Shown piece after piece: positions 52,791 through 61,815 of a stretch of DNA of 64,000 bases; within the stretch, counting starts at the first letter, position 1, and each line of letters opens with the position of its first letter. The stretch lies in assembly GCA_002011735.1 (NCBI GenBank), contig MTOQ01000057.1, forward strand, positions 1,897 to 65,896, written 5' to 3'. Position numbers and translations under genes: made by a program. This DNA is from Nitrospirae bacterium JdFR-81. Its GTDB lineage: Bacteria; Nitrospirota; Thermodesulfovibrionia; UBA6902. The notes beneath the pieces were generated by a model that was given only the letters and a program-made list of their open reading frames with translations, made no database searches and was not told where the DNA came from.

Positions 52791-53780
52791 TCACTCCTTT
52801 TCTACAGGTATATCTGCTGATTTCATCTTTTCCCTGAACTCCTCTTCATACTCCTCATATGTATGGACCTTGACAGGATAGTTCCAGGGATTTACATGCC
52901 TCTTCATCCTGCTGTTATTTGCAAGGTTCCTCGTTGGACTGAGGAAGACCCCTCCCATGTGCACGAGCTTGCTGAACGGGAAGTATGTGAAGAGGACGCT
53001 GACGAGAAAGAGGTGGACAAAGAATATAGCGCCTATACCATCAGGGATGTGGGGATGGAGACTGGCCAGACCCATGGTGAGTGTCTTGACCTTGACGATA
53101 TCCACCTTTGTAAAATACCTCATCAGTATCCCTGTGCTTGCTATCGCTATGATGAGGAAGAGGGGGAAGTAATCGGCAGGTAGTGAGATGTATCGCACCT
53201 GCGGTATATAAACCCTCCTGATGAAGAGGTAGAGAGCAGCCAGAAGGAGGAGCACACCTGTTATCAATAGATGTGGCACACCCACCTGGAGGAATCCATC
53301 TATTGAGTCGATCACATTGAGGAACTTTGGTACCGGATTGGCAAAGAACCTGAGGTGTCTTATAAAGACCGTAAAGAACGAGACATGGAATGCAAGACCA
53401 GCAAGCCAGAGCCATTTGTCAGAGCCATACACAAGCCTTCCATCCCTCAGGTCTGACTTCAGATTTCTGAACAGGGACCGGAACAGGAATATCTCAAGGG
53501 CCATCCTTATTATCACACCAAGTGTGCCAGCAGGGTTCTCTATCTTGCTATGCTTTATCCATGAGAGTGACTTCTGCTGGCCACAGGTTGTCGGGATGTG
53601 GAAGGGCACAGGAGAACGGCTCCATTTAAGTACCCTGTAGAGCATCCCGAAGATGAATGTCAATACAGCTATGTAGGGAATGATGACACCGAAGAGGAAT
53701 TGCAGGCCGATGACCTTTACACCGAAAAGGGCGATCAAGATGAGTGCCACAACCACCACCAAGGAAAAAAGCATCCCCAT
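52791..53780 (-). CDS. dsrM: DsrM, NarI-like dihaem cytochrome b membrane subunit
   Basis: Six-TM protein with conserved His in the TM helices. First gene of the MKJOP order. Confidence 0.8.
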   Translation of the reverse strand: MGMLFSLVVVVALILIALFGVKVIGLQFLFGVIIPYIAVLTFIFGMLYRVLKWSRSPVPFHIPTTCGQQKSLSWIKHSKIENPAGTLGVIIRMALEIFLFRSLFRNLKSDLRDGRLVYGSDKWLWLAGLAFHVSFFTVFIRHLRFFANPVPKFLNVIDSIDGFLQVGVPHLLITGVLLLLAALYLFIRRVYIPQVRYISLPADYFPLFLIIAIASTGILMRYFTKVDIVKVKTLTMGLASLHPHIPDGIGAIFFVHLFLVSVLFTYFPFSKLVHMGGVFLSPTRNLANNSRMKRHVNPWNYPVKVHTYEEYEEEFREKMKSADIPVEKE

Positions 53781-53799
53781 TTATCTCCCTCCTTTCAGA

Positions 53800-54348
53800 T
53801 CATCCTGAATCAAATCCATCTCCCTCAGGATGGAAAGTCTCTGACGAATCCTTCAGCAGGTTTGCACTCTCAAGCAGCCTGTAGGTCATGTTCCTCGCCT
53901 CATTGGCGCTCAGCTCGTAGAGCTTTTCACGACATGCCATGTATATATCAAAGGATTCCTTTAAAAGCCCATCCACCTGTGACTCGAAACCCAGCAGTTC
54001 CTCTGCCACTCCGTTCATCCCCGCCTCTGCCTGTATCTCGTCTCTTACCACCTTCTTCAACAGGAACAGGAAGTTCAGCGCTACAGATGGGGTGAAACCC
54101 TGTATCGCCCTTATCCTGATTATGCTATCAAGATGGGAGGTGAGCTTGGCACTATCCGATGGTTCCAGGAGCTCATCAAGGATGCCTTCTATTGCATTGT
54201 GGATTGTATGGCCGACCGGGTTGGTAAATTGATTCTTCTGGGTTCTGAGGAAATGGGCCGTATCAGGTGGATAACTGTCAATTATAAGATCAAACCACTT
54301 ATTTATTATCGTCTCTTTCCTATTTGACAGGAGCTCCTTAAGGTTCAT
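53800..54348 (-). CDS. RsbRD_N-like domain protein upstream of dsrM
   Basis: The pattern IINKWFDLIIDSYPPDTAHFLRTQKNQFTNPVGHTI resembles the RsbRD N-terminal domain family. Confidence 0.45.
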   Translation of the reverse strand: MNLKELLSNRKETIINKWFDLIIDSYPPDTAHFLRTQKNQFTNPVGHTIHNAIEGILDELLEPSDSAKLTSHLDSIIRIRAIQGFTPSVALNFLFLLKKVVRDEIQAEAGMNGVAEELLGFESQVDGLLKESFDIYMACREKLYELSANEARNMTYRLLESANLLKDSSETFHPEGDGFDSG

Positions 54349-54420
54349 GTGTAGAAAAACCCTTCAGGCCTCTCGGAAGGGACAGTCCCCTCCCTCCTCA
54401 GATTTCTTGGTTTATCATTT

Positions 54421-54461
54421 AAGGGTTGACAGCTACCAGTCTCCTGCAGTTGTCAACCCTT
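54421..54461. other. Inverted repeat AAGGGTTGACA-N19-TGTCAACCCTT between dsrC and the RsbRD_N-like gene (terminator or operator)
   Basis: Perfect 11-bp arms read directly. Begins 14 nt downstream of the dsrC stop codon. Confidence 0.4.
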
Positions 54462-54474
54462 AAACCCTTCTCTT

Positions 54475-54810
54475 TTATACGCAACCTGTTGGCTTTGGAA
54501 GTCCTGCGTATCTACAGGCCTGCTTTGCCGGTCCAGCAGGGAACAGCTCATAGAGGTACTTTGTGTTTCCCTTCTCCTTGCCCAGGCTCTTTGCCACTTC
54601 CTTCGTGAGTATCTTGATCATCGGTGCGATCTGATACTTCTCGAAGTAGTTCCTCAGGAACCTGATGATCTCCCAGTGCTCCTCACCAAGTGTGATACCA
54701 TCCTGCTTCGCCATGAACTCGGCTATCCCCTCGTGCCACTGCTGCCAGTCCTGTAGATATCCCTCCTCGTCAACCTCGTAGGTCTTCCCGTCGACTTCAA
54801 TGGTTGGCAT
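54475..54810 (-). CDS. dsrC: DsrC (TusE/DsrC/DsvC family) with both redox-active C-terminal cysteines
   Basis: 111 aa ending ...QACRYAGLPKPTGCV. The penultimate Cys, plus a Cys 10 residues upstream, is the bona fide DsrC signature. Confidence 0.9.
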   Translation of the reverse strand: MPTIEVDGKTYEVDEEGYLQDWQQWHEGIAEFMAKQDGITLGEEHWEIIRFLRNYFEKYQIAPMIKILTKEVAKSLGKEKGNTKYLYELFPAGPAKQACRYAGLPKPTGCV

Positions 54811-54874
54811 AACCTCACCCCTTTCTTTTGAAGTTTTGTTTTAGTTACATTCAGGTTAGATTCTTAAAGCAAGA

Positions 54875-54903
54875 ATTTAATACAAAACCTGCCTTCGGGT
54901 CAA
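54875..54903 (-). promoter_or_regulatory. Sigma-70-type promoter candidate for dsrC
   Basis: On the minus strand: TTGACC, 17 nt, TTAAAT. A strong RBS AAAGGGGTGAGG lies before the ATG. Confidence 0.3.
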
Positions 54904-54948
54904 ATAAAAAAAACTAATAAAATGTTTAGCAAATTTAATGAATCCCTG

Positions 54949-55587
54949 TCATGCCTCTGAGGCGATCTGTGCAAGCTCCCCGATCGTCCTCTCCCTGAAT
55001 TCACCATCATCATAAATTATCATAACCCCTGTGTCAGAAATCAAGCCCCTGAGCGGGGCCTCATGTCCCCTGACCTTCATCTTGGAAAGGGCCCATACAG
55101 CCATTCCACGGACATAAGGCACAGGGTCATCGAGGTATGAGACTATCATGGGCATGGCTGAGAGCACGAGTTCCCTGTGTGCCTCTGCGATCCTGCCTGC
55201 TGCCCATAACACGCCTGCACGGAGCATCTGCTCTTCATGGAAGGACATCAATACAGGCACAAGGTCACTACAGAGTTCAGGGTTATTCCTGATTATCTCA
55301 CCGAGTATCTCCGGTGCGCTCCAGCCGATGCCACCTGACTCATCCCTCATCATCCATAACAGCCTGCCAGCGAGGTTTCTCACGTCCTCAGGGTTCTCCC
55401 TGGACATGGCCTTTGTTATATGACCTATCGCCTCCATCGCCCGCCATGCGATGATGTCTTTTTTATCATATGTCATGGAGATGAGGATACGGATAACCTG
55501 ATGGTGCCTGATCCATAATCCAATCAGACCATCGTAATCCCTCCTCTTTAATGCAGATACTATCTCTCTCCTCAGGCCGTTTGACAT
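54949..55587 (-). CDS. HEAT/PBS-lyase-repeat protein (resembles the 'DVU0298 family')
   Basis: Repeated helical motifs with the V(R/W)..A.WALG/AAGRI pattern (WRAMEAIGHI, VLWAAGRIA, YVRGMAVWALSKM). Confidence 0.45.
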   Translation of the reverse strand: MSNGLRREIVSALKRRDYDGLIGLWIRHHQVIRILISMTYDKKDIIAWRAMEAIGHITKAMSRENPEDVRNLAGRLLWMMRDESGGIGWSAPEILGEIIRNNPELCSDLVPVLMSFHEEQMLRAGVLWAAGRIAEAHRELVLSAMPMIVSYLDDPVPYVRGMAVWALSKMKVRGHEAPLRGLISDTGVMIIYDDGEFRERTIGELAQIASEA

Positions 55588-55595
55588 CGGTTTAA

Positions 55596-55934
55596 CTATC
55601 CGAGCCGCTGTTTTAACCTCATAAACAGTATCTTCCCTGCCCTGCCCGTGCTGCTTCTTGCATCAAGCCTGTTCGTCTCGTAATCATAATCAAAAGAGAT
55701 ATCCTCATAGTCCTCAGGGTTCAGGGAGAGGGCCATGTCAAGGTCGCCCCTGCAGAGGAATGTCATGGCGTCAAGGTATATCTCTCCAAGGCTGTGGCCT
55801 GTCCTGTCAAAGGCGTATATTGCCCCGCACCTGCATATACCACCGGTGATCTCAATGGCCTTAAACCTTATCTCAACAGGCCTTATGAGGTATGTGCTGC
55901 AGAATGGACATTGTAAGGGTCTTGGTCTGGGCAT
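55596..55934 (-). CDS. Small zinc-ribbon-like protein, unknown function
   Basis: CPFC...CRCG four-Cys arrangement at the N-terminus and an acidic C-terminal half. An 8-nt gap separates it from the HEAT gene. Confidence 0.5.
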   Translation of the reverse strand: MPRPRPLQCPFCSTYLIRPVEIRFKAIEITGGICRCGAIYAFDRTGHSLGEIYLDAMTFLCRGDLDMALSLNPEDYEDISFDYDYETNRLDARSSTGRAGKILFMRLKQRLG

Positions 55935-55941
55935 GTTATAT

Positions 55942-56244
55942 CTACCTTGTCATAAAACTCAGGATCTTACCCACTATGGCACCAAAGAATGCCCCTATCA
56001 ATGCACCTGTTACGGATATCATCGTAATCACGATAACGATCCCTGAATAGATGAGCCACTGCCTTTCTGCCCACTGGGCACCGAACATCTGACCGATATC
56101 ATGCCTTACAGACTCATACCACCCTCCACCTACAGCGCCCCCTGTCATCAGGTCGAGCATCAGCGAGACGGTGAGACCAACGATGGCACCGAAGATGGCC
56201 CCTGAGATGAGGGATACCTTCACGATCTGGTTCACCTTGAGCAC
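55942..56244 (-). CDS. Small Gly-rich membrane protein (3 predicted TM), GTG start
   Basis: Hydrophobic segments GAIFGAIVGLTVSLMLDL and GALIGAFFGAIVG. GAGGG lies 11 nt upstream of the GTG. Confidence 0.45.
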   Translation of the reverse strand: MLKVNQIVKVSLISGAIFGAIVGLTVSLMLDLMTGGAVGGGWYESVRHDIGQMFGAQWAERQWLIYSGIVIVITMISVTGALIGAFFGAIVGKILSFMTR

Positions 56245-56333
56245 AGGACAGCGGCCCTCAGGTTATTATCACCCTCCAAAAACTCAGGAGATAGTTTAAA
56301 ATATTGTAGTAAAAAATACCATGCAGGCTTCTG

Positions 56334-57212
56334 GTGAGAAGACTTAGAGATATAATCGAGTCCATCGCAAGGGCTGTTGAGAGCTCCCATCCTGTGATCG
56401 TCCTTGTTGCAATCTCTGTATTGATCCTTATAATCTTTACAGGCCGAAGATACTATCAATTCACCAAGAAGGACCCCCGCTTCTGTGAACTCTGCCATGT
56501 GATGAAGGAGCCTTACAAGGCGTGGCAGGAGAGTGCCCATAGAAACACCGTGTGCCAGAAGTGCCATTCCATGAGCCTCCTCGCCCAGAACAGGCTCCTC
56601 CTGTCGTATGTCTTTGCTGGCAGAAGGGGTGACATCCGGCAGAGACACGGAAGGATAACCCCGTGGGACAGTTGCAATACCTGCCACCTTGAGACAGCCA
56701 AACAGGGTGCCATCACCCTCAGGAAATCCTATGGACATGCAAGGCATGTATTCATGGAGAAGATCGCCTGCAAGAACTGTCATACCGCTGATATGCATAA
56801 CTTCAGGCCTGATGAGAGGAACTGCCTCAGGTGCCATAAGGACAAGGGGGTGCATGGCATGGGCATGGAGAGTTTTGCCTGTCTCAGCTGTCACGTCTAT
56901 GGTGAGGTGAGGGCCATGCCGAAGAAGGAGAGGTGTATGGCCTGTCACAGGGACATCCCCGTAAAAGGGCCCATGGCCTCGCTCGAGTGCCAGGACTGCC
57001 ATAAGCCACATGGTAAGATAAAGCCTACTGCTAACGAATGTCTCAGGAACTGTCACACGAATCAGGAGGCCATAGGGAGGCACGACAGGCACATGGAGAT
57101 ATCCTGTCTTGAATGTCACAGGGCGCATACATGGAGGGTGGGGGAGGAGATGGCAAGGCAGATATGCATAAGGTGCCACGAATATAAGGACCCGCTCTCG
57201 TTCATCTTCTGA
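56334..57212 (+). CDS. Membrane-anchored multihaem cytochrome c (10 CXXCH + 1 CX3CH) with NapC/NirT/NrfH-like N-terminal module, GTG start
   Basis: N-terminal TM helix followed by CELCHVMKEPYKAWQESAH (NrfH-like). Further motifs: CQKCH, CNTCH, CKNCH, CLRCH, CLSCH, CMACH, CQDCH, CLRNCH, CLECH, CIRCH. Confidence 0.8.
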   Translation: MRRLRDIIESIARAVESSHPVIVLVAISVLILIIFTGRRYYQFTKKDPRFCELCHVMKEPYKAWQESAHRNTVCQKCHSMSLLAQNRLLLSYVFAGRRGDIRQRHGRITPWDSCNTCHLETAKQGAITLRKSYGHARHVFMEKIACKNCHTADMHNFRPDERNCLRCHKDKGVHGMGMESFACLSCHVYGEVRAMPKKERCMACHRDIPVKGPMASLECQDCHKPHGKIKPTANECLRNCHTNQEAIGRHDRHMEISCLECHRAHTWRVGEEMARQICIRCHEYKDPLSFIF

Positions 57213-57213
57213 T

Positions 57214-58578
57214 TCATTCCTTTATCCCGTATTTATGCATCTTTCTGTAGAGTGTTGCGAGGTCTATGCCCAGTTTCTTGACAACCATCTCCTTATTGCC
57301 GTTGTATCTCCTGAGGGCATTGACGATGATCTCCTTCTCATATTCAGCGACCATGGTCTTCAGGGGATGGAGCTCTACATTTATGGTAGAGCCCGTCCTG
57401 GCACCAGCCCTTACCTTCTGGGGGAGGTCGTTTATCGTTATCTTCTCACCGCTGGAGAGAATGATGGCCCTCTCAATGACATTTCTCAGTTCCCTCACAT
57501 TGCCAGGCCATGAATACGAGACAAGGGCATTCATCGCCTCCTCATCGATCGCCTTCACCTTTTTGCCTGTTAGGGGAGACCTCTCCTCAAGGAAGTGGTA
57601 TGCAAGCAGGGGTATGTCGTCCCTCCTCTCCCTGAGGGGCGGGACCCTTATCTCTATGACATTCAGCCTGTAGTAGAGGTCTTCCCTGAAGGTCTTCTGC
57701 CTTATGCATTCCTCTATGTCCTTATTCGTTGCCGAGATAATACGAATATCGACCGGCTTCGTCTTTGTATCGCCAAGGGGGAGGACCTCGCCTGCCTCAA
57801 GGACACTGAGGAGCTTTGATTGTATAACAGGTGGCATATCACCGATCTCATCAAGGAAGAGTGTTCCCTCGTTTGCCATCACGATGAGGCCCGTCTTGTC
57901 AGATGTTGCCCCTGTGAACGCACCCTTTTTATAACCGAAGAGTTCTGACTCAAGCAGCGTCTCGGGTATGGCGGCACAGTTTATGGACATAAAGGGCTTG
58001 TCCCTTCGTGGGCTGTTGCAGTGGATCGTCTCTGCGATGAGCCCCTTACCCGTGCCACTTTCGCCTGTCAGCAGTATATTCGCCTTTGTCGGTGCGACCT
58101 TCTCTATGGTCTCAAATACCTTTGAGATGGACTCGGACAGACCGATGATCTCCTTACATCCAAACTGCTGGCTGAGCTGCCGCTTTAACCGCAGGTTCTC
58201 AAGGGAGAGCTTCCTGTGTTCAAGGATACGATTTACCGTAATCTTTATATCATCGTGCAGAAAGGGTTTGACGATGTAATCTGCGGCACCCAGTTTCATG
58301 GTCTCAACAGCAGAATCGATGGTGCCATAAGCGGTTATTATGATCACAGGGAGGGAGGAGTTTATCTCCTTTGCCTTCTTCAGGACCTCAAACCCATCAG
58401 CACCCTCCATCCGCAGATCGGTGATAACGAGGTCGTAGTCCTTCTCCTTCAACTTCTTTATGGCCTCTACCCCACTGGATGCGGTGTCCACTTCATAGCC
58501 CTCTCCTGAGAGCACATACTCCAGGGCCCTCCTTATATCCTTCTCATCATCAACCACAAGGATCCCTGCCATCGTCAT
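57214..58578 (-). CDS. Sigma-54-dependent response regulator (NtrC family: REC-AAA+-Fis HTH)
   Basis: REC domain (LVVDDEKDI...DLVITDLRM), Walker A GESGTGKG, GAFTGA loop, C-terminal HTH LGIDLATLYRKMHKYGI. Confidence 0.9.
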   Translation of the reverse strand: MTMAGILVVDDEKDIRRALEYVLSGEGYEVDTASSGVEAIKKLKEKDYDLVITDLRMEGADGFEVLKKAKEINSSLPVIIITAYGTIDSAVETMKLGAADYIVKPFLHDDIKITVNRILEHRKLSLENLRLKRQLSQQFGCKEIIGLSESISKVFETIEKVAPTKANILLTGESGTGKGLIAETIHCNSPRRDKPFMSINCAAIPETLLESELFGYKKGAFTGATSDKTGLIVMANEGTLFLDEIGDMPPVIQSKLLSVLEAGEVLPLGDTKTKPVDIRIISATNKDIEECIRQKTFREDLYYRLNVIEIRVPPLRERRDDIPLLAYHFLEERSPLTGKKVKAIDEEAMNALVSYSWPGNVRELRNVIERAIILSSGEKITINDLPQKVRAGARTGSTINVELHPLKTMVAEYEKEIIVNALRRYNGNKEMVVKKLGIDLATLYRKMHKYGIKE

Positions 58579-60545
58579 GCCTCCTTTAACGGGAGTATCA
58601 CAGAGAAGACACTCCCTCTGCCTTTCTGGCTCTTGACCCTGATCTCACCGCCGAACCTCTTTATTATCTCATAACTTATGGGAAGGCCGAGGCCGGTCCC
58701 CTTCTCCTTTGTGGTAAAGAACGGATCAAATATGTTATCAAGGTATTCCTCAGGGATGCCCACACCTGTGTCAGCAAACTCCACCGTTACCGAGTTGTTC
58801 TCCCTCATGCTCCTTATGGTTATTGTACCCATCCCATCGATAGCATCAGCAGCGTTTAATATCAGGTTTATAAAGACCTGACTCAGATAGCCCTCGTCAA
58901 CATGGACAGGCGGAAGCCCTTCAGCAAGCTCCTTTTTTATCTTGATACCCTTGACCTTCCTGTCATATTTGATAATCTCGAGTGATGAATCTATGATATC
59001 ATTTATATTACATTCCTTGATGTCCATCTCGGGGAGCTTCGAGAGTCGGGACATCTGTCCGACTATCTCAGAGATCCGCTGGATATGGTGATGGATGGTC
59101 TCGAGGCTGTCCTTTGTGAATTCATCCTCTGCCCTCTCCTTCAGGATCTGGACAAAGGAGGAGATGGAGGTGAGGGGATTGCCTATCTCATGGGCCACCC
59201 CTGCTGCCAGCCTCCCGAGTGCAGCGAGCCTTTCTGATCGGAGGATGCCCTCCTCAAGCTTCTTGATCTCTGTCACATCCTGGATCAGCTTCAGCACGCC
59301 CACCACCTTTCTGTCCATCCCCCTTACAGGTGCGGTGGTTATCTGGAAGACGCCCCTTCTGCTGCCGATACTCCCTTTATACAGATCGTGTGTAACACTA
59401 CTGGAGGGATTCCCTGTCCCCTGTGGGCATATGATGCCTGCATCCTGCCCCTCCACATTCCCCACCCATTCCTTGAGGGTCTTGTTGATCCATCGTATCT
59501 TGTTATTATTGTCCACCAGCATCAGACCCGAGCCTATCGCACTCACTATTGTATCTAACTTCTTCTTCTCAAGGAGTATGGCCTCCTTTGACTCCCTCTC
59601 TGCCTTTATCCGCCTCTTGTTTATCAGGACCAGGATCGAGGCACCCACAAAGACAGTGGTGAATATCGCCACAACGAGCGCTGAATAGAGCTTCATACTC
59701 CTGCCCGTTATGGAGATGACCTCTGTATATGGGGATGAGACGCAGACTATCCATCGGATGTTCCCTATATCCACCCTTGAGAAGGCAAGGATCTTGTCCT
59801 CACCGGTGGGAGCGATGTATCGGCCATAGCTGATATCACCCTCGATGACCCTCTTTTCGAGGTCAAAGGACTGGTGACACTTAAAGCATTCTTCACTTGC
59901 GTTATACAGGTTATTGCCTATCATCTCAGGCTGTGTGGGGTGGTATATGAGGGTGCCCGATCTGTCGATCATCCATGCATAGCCCCTCTGGCCCGACTTT
60001 ATATGCGCGAGGAACTTCCTGTTGATTGTATCTATGTCAATGGTCACAAGCAGGAAGCCGAGAAGGTGGTCCTCCTTTACAATGGGGGTGGTCATCTTCA
60101 GCCTCCTCTCCATCCTTATCCTCTCTGTGAAATACACCTCGCCGTCCTTGAGCCCCCTGCTCTTCTGCAGGAGTTGCCTGTCATCATCGCTCAGGGACAG
60201 TCCCCTTACCGTTGAGTAGATAATCCTTCCTTCGCTATCCGTCAGCACGATGGTGTTCTTCATCTCTATGTTGACCTCTTCAAAGGCAGTGGAGATGAAA
60301 TCACCGATGCCCTCCCTTGCAAGTCCTCTCTTTGCAAGGAGTTTTGCAAGGGTGACACCTTCCTCCTTGATGTGGTCGAGTGTCCTGTAGATCGAATCAG
60401 CAACCGTCTTTGCTATGAGGAGCTGTTGCTTGTTATACTGCTCGGCCAGCTCCTCCCTGAGGCTTTCGTGGAAGATGACGTTGAGGGTTATGAGGAAAGA
60501 GACGAGGAGGATGAAGATTGATAGGATCAGTATCCTGCTTTTCAT
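58575..60545 (-). CDS. Sensor histidine kinase: TM, periplasmic Cache-like domain with CXXCH, TM, PAS, HisKA, HATPase
   Basis: H-box [15 protein letters not shown] boxes ([21 protein letters not shown]), two TM helices. CFKCH at residues 220-224 lies between them. Confidence 0.9.
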   Translation of the reverse strand: MKSRILILSIFILLVSFLITLNVIFHESLREELAEQYNKQQLLIAKTVADSIYRTLDHIKEEGVTLAKLLAKRGLAREGIGDFISTAFEEVNIEMKNTIVLTDSEGRIIYSTVRGLSLSDDDRQLLQKSRGLKDGEVYFTERIRMERRLKMTTPIVKEDHLLGFLLVTIDIDTINRKFLAHIKSGQRGYAWMIDRSGTLIYHPTQPEMIGNNLYNASEECFKCHQSFDLEKRVIEGDISYGRYIAPTGEDKILAFSRVDIGNIRWIVCVSSPYTEVISITGRSMKLYSALVVAIFTTVFVGASILVLINKRRIKAERESKEAILLEKKKLDTIVSAIGSGLMLVDNNNKIRWINKTLKEWVGNVEGQDAGIICPQGTGNPSSSVTHDLYKGSIGSRRGVFQITTAPVRGMDRKVVGVLKLIQDVTEIKKLEEGILRSERLAALGRLAAGVAHEIGNPLTSISSFVQILKERAEDEFTKDSLETIHHHIQRISEIVGQMSRLSKLPEMDIKECNINDIIDSSLEIIKYDRKVKGIKIKKELAEGLPPVHVDEGYLSQVFINLILNAADAIDGMGTITIRSMRENNSVTVEFADTGVGIPEEYLDNIFDPFFTTKEKGTGLGLPISYEIIKRFGGEIRVKSQKGRGSVFSVILPLKEA

Positions 60546-60555
60546 GATCAGTGAA

Positions 60556-60561
60556 ATTATA
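60556..60561 (-). promoter_or_regulatory. Consensus TATAAT -10 hexamer 10 nt upstream of the kinase ATG (no SD; near-leaderless)
   Basis: Minus strand reads TTATATAATTTCACTGATC-ATG. Confidence 0.25.
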
Positions 60562-60617
60562 TAATAAAAGAGGCCCCTTCATCTCCTCCCTGGCACAAAC
60601 ACAGATGCTGTCCCATC

Positions 60618-61019
60618 TCAGTCCCCCCTGTGACCTTCTCCCACAGCCCCTGGCTGGGACAGCCTCTTATACCCCTTAACCCCTATGTGGCATCGGGCGC
60701 ACTGGCTATCTGAGGAGAATGCCATAGAGCCGTTGTGACATGCTCCACAGTATCTGCCCTCATAAAGGGACTCCATGGTGAAGTCTCCCTTCTCCTGCAC
60801 GGATAAGGCCGACATCTCAAATATCCCATCATGACATGCCTCACAGCTGAGCCCTATCTCCTCCACATGAGCCCTGTGGCTGAAGAGCACAGCCTTGAGT
60901 GGTCGGGTATAGAGTATGTCGCCTCCATGGAAGGCCTCGCCTGATGCAGATATGGTGTCAGGGTTAAGCGATAAGACGACCACGGCCATAAAGAGATAGA
61001 GAACATATATCCTCTTCAT
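60618..61019 (-). CDS. Periplasmic triheme cytochrome c (c7/c3 family)
   Basis: Start at the MKRIYVLYLFMAVVVL signal peptide, after GAGGTGG. FSHRAHVEEIGLSCEACH, CGACHNG, CARCH. Confidence 0.75.
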   Translation of the reverse strand: MKRIYVLYLFMAVVVLSLNPDTISASGEAFHGGDILYTRPLKAVLFSHRAHVEEIGLSCEACHDGIFEMSALSVQEKGDFTMESLYEGRYCGACHNGSMAFSSDSQCARCHIGVKGYKRLSQPGAVGEGHRGD

Positions 61020-61045
61020 AATCCCACCTCTTTCCGCCTTGCTCA

Positions 61046-61807
61046 TCATGCCTTCATATAAAAGACATTGGGCCTTGTGCCCACCTCTGCCCTGAGGACC
61101 CATACAGGCCTTTCAATCTGATGCACCATCCGATAAACATCGCTTGAGGGATCAGAGAGGTCACCGAATGTCCTCGCACCTGTTGGACAGGCTGCTGCAC
61201 AGGCTGTCAGTCTCTCGCCCTTTGAGAGGCGCGTGTCAAAGCAGAAGTTACATTTATCGATGGCACGCTTCTCTTCATTAAAGTATCTTGCATTATACGG
61301 ACAGGCAACCATGCAGGCCTTACACCCCACACACTTCTTTGAGTCGATCATGATGATCCCGTTCCCCCTGTGCTTGTAACTCGCCCTTGTGGGGCACGCC
61401 CTTACACAGGGCGGGTTGTTGCACTGCATGCAGAGCACGGGGATGAACTCCCTCTTCTGTCCAATCGCATCAGGGATGGTCCTTTCGAGTATGGCGGTTC
61501 GATATCCATAGGGAGGCACATGGTTGGTCCTTCTACAGGCCTCCAGACACCTCTCACAGTCGATACACCGATTCTGTCGTATGACCATGCTGTAGTGTGG
61601 CGTATAGGGGTATTTCTCCTTGAACTCCTCAGGAGAGGCAAAGACCCTCTGGATGTTTGAGATCAGAGAAAGCACGGTTCCTCCTGCAAAGACCCCTGTG
61701 ACCACCAATCCCATCTTCAAAAACTGCCTTCTCTCGATGGCAGGTATGCTCTCAGGAGGATCCTTTTTGAGTCCATCAAGATCCAGTCTCATAATCCACC
61801 CCTCCAT
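61046..61807 (-). CDS. Periplasmic 4Fe-4S ferredoxin-like subunit with Tat signal (NrfC/DsrO/HybA family)
   Basis: RRQFLKMGLVV twin-arginine signal and four Cys clusters (CIDCERCLEAC, CNNPPCVRACP, CVGCKACMVACP, CNFC...CAAACP). Confidence 0.8.
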   Translation of the reverse strand: MEGWIMRLDLDGLKKDPPESIPAIERRQFLKMGLVVTGVFAGGTVLSLISNIQRVFASPEEFKEKYPYTPHYSMVIRQNRCIDCERCLEACRRTNHVPPYGYRTAILERTIPDAIGQKREFIPVLCMQCNNPPCVRACPTRASYKHRGNGIIMIDSKKCVGCKACMVACPYNARYFNEEKRAIDKCNFCFDTRLSKGERLTACAAACPTGARTFGDLSDPSSDVYRMVHQIERPVWVLRAEVGTRPNVFYMKA

Positions 61808-61815
61808 GTGTAAGT

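Noticed and set aside
54891-54915. Possible terminator hairpin (CCTGCCTTCGGGTCA followed by an A-run) after the HEAT-repeat gene
   Set aside because: Only 2-3 base pairs can form around the TTCG loop, and the minus-strand version lacks a following U-tract. The region is better explained as the dsrC promoter.
56232-57179. 315-aa ORF on the minus strand
   Set aside because: It lies entirely antisense to the multihaem cytochrome gene. Its His/Pro/Cys/Met-rich, low-complexity translation is what the complement of repeated CXXCH codons produces. The plus-strand product has 11 haem motifs and a TM anchor, so the minus ORF is a shadow.
59095-59688. 197-aa plus-strand ORF
   Set aside because: It is antisense within the histidine kinase gene and is a shadow ORF.
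60591-60609. TGGCAC hexamer that looks like a sigma-54 -24 element
   Set aside because: The nearest GC dinucleotide is 3 nt too far for a -12 element (TGGCACAAACACAGATGC). The element also points on the plus strand into the 3' end of a minus-strand gene.
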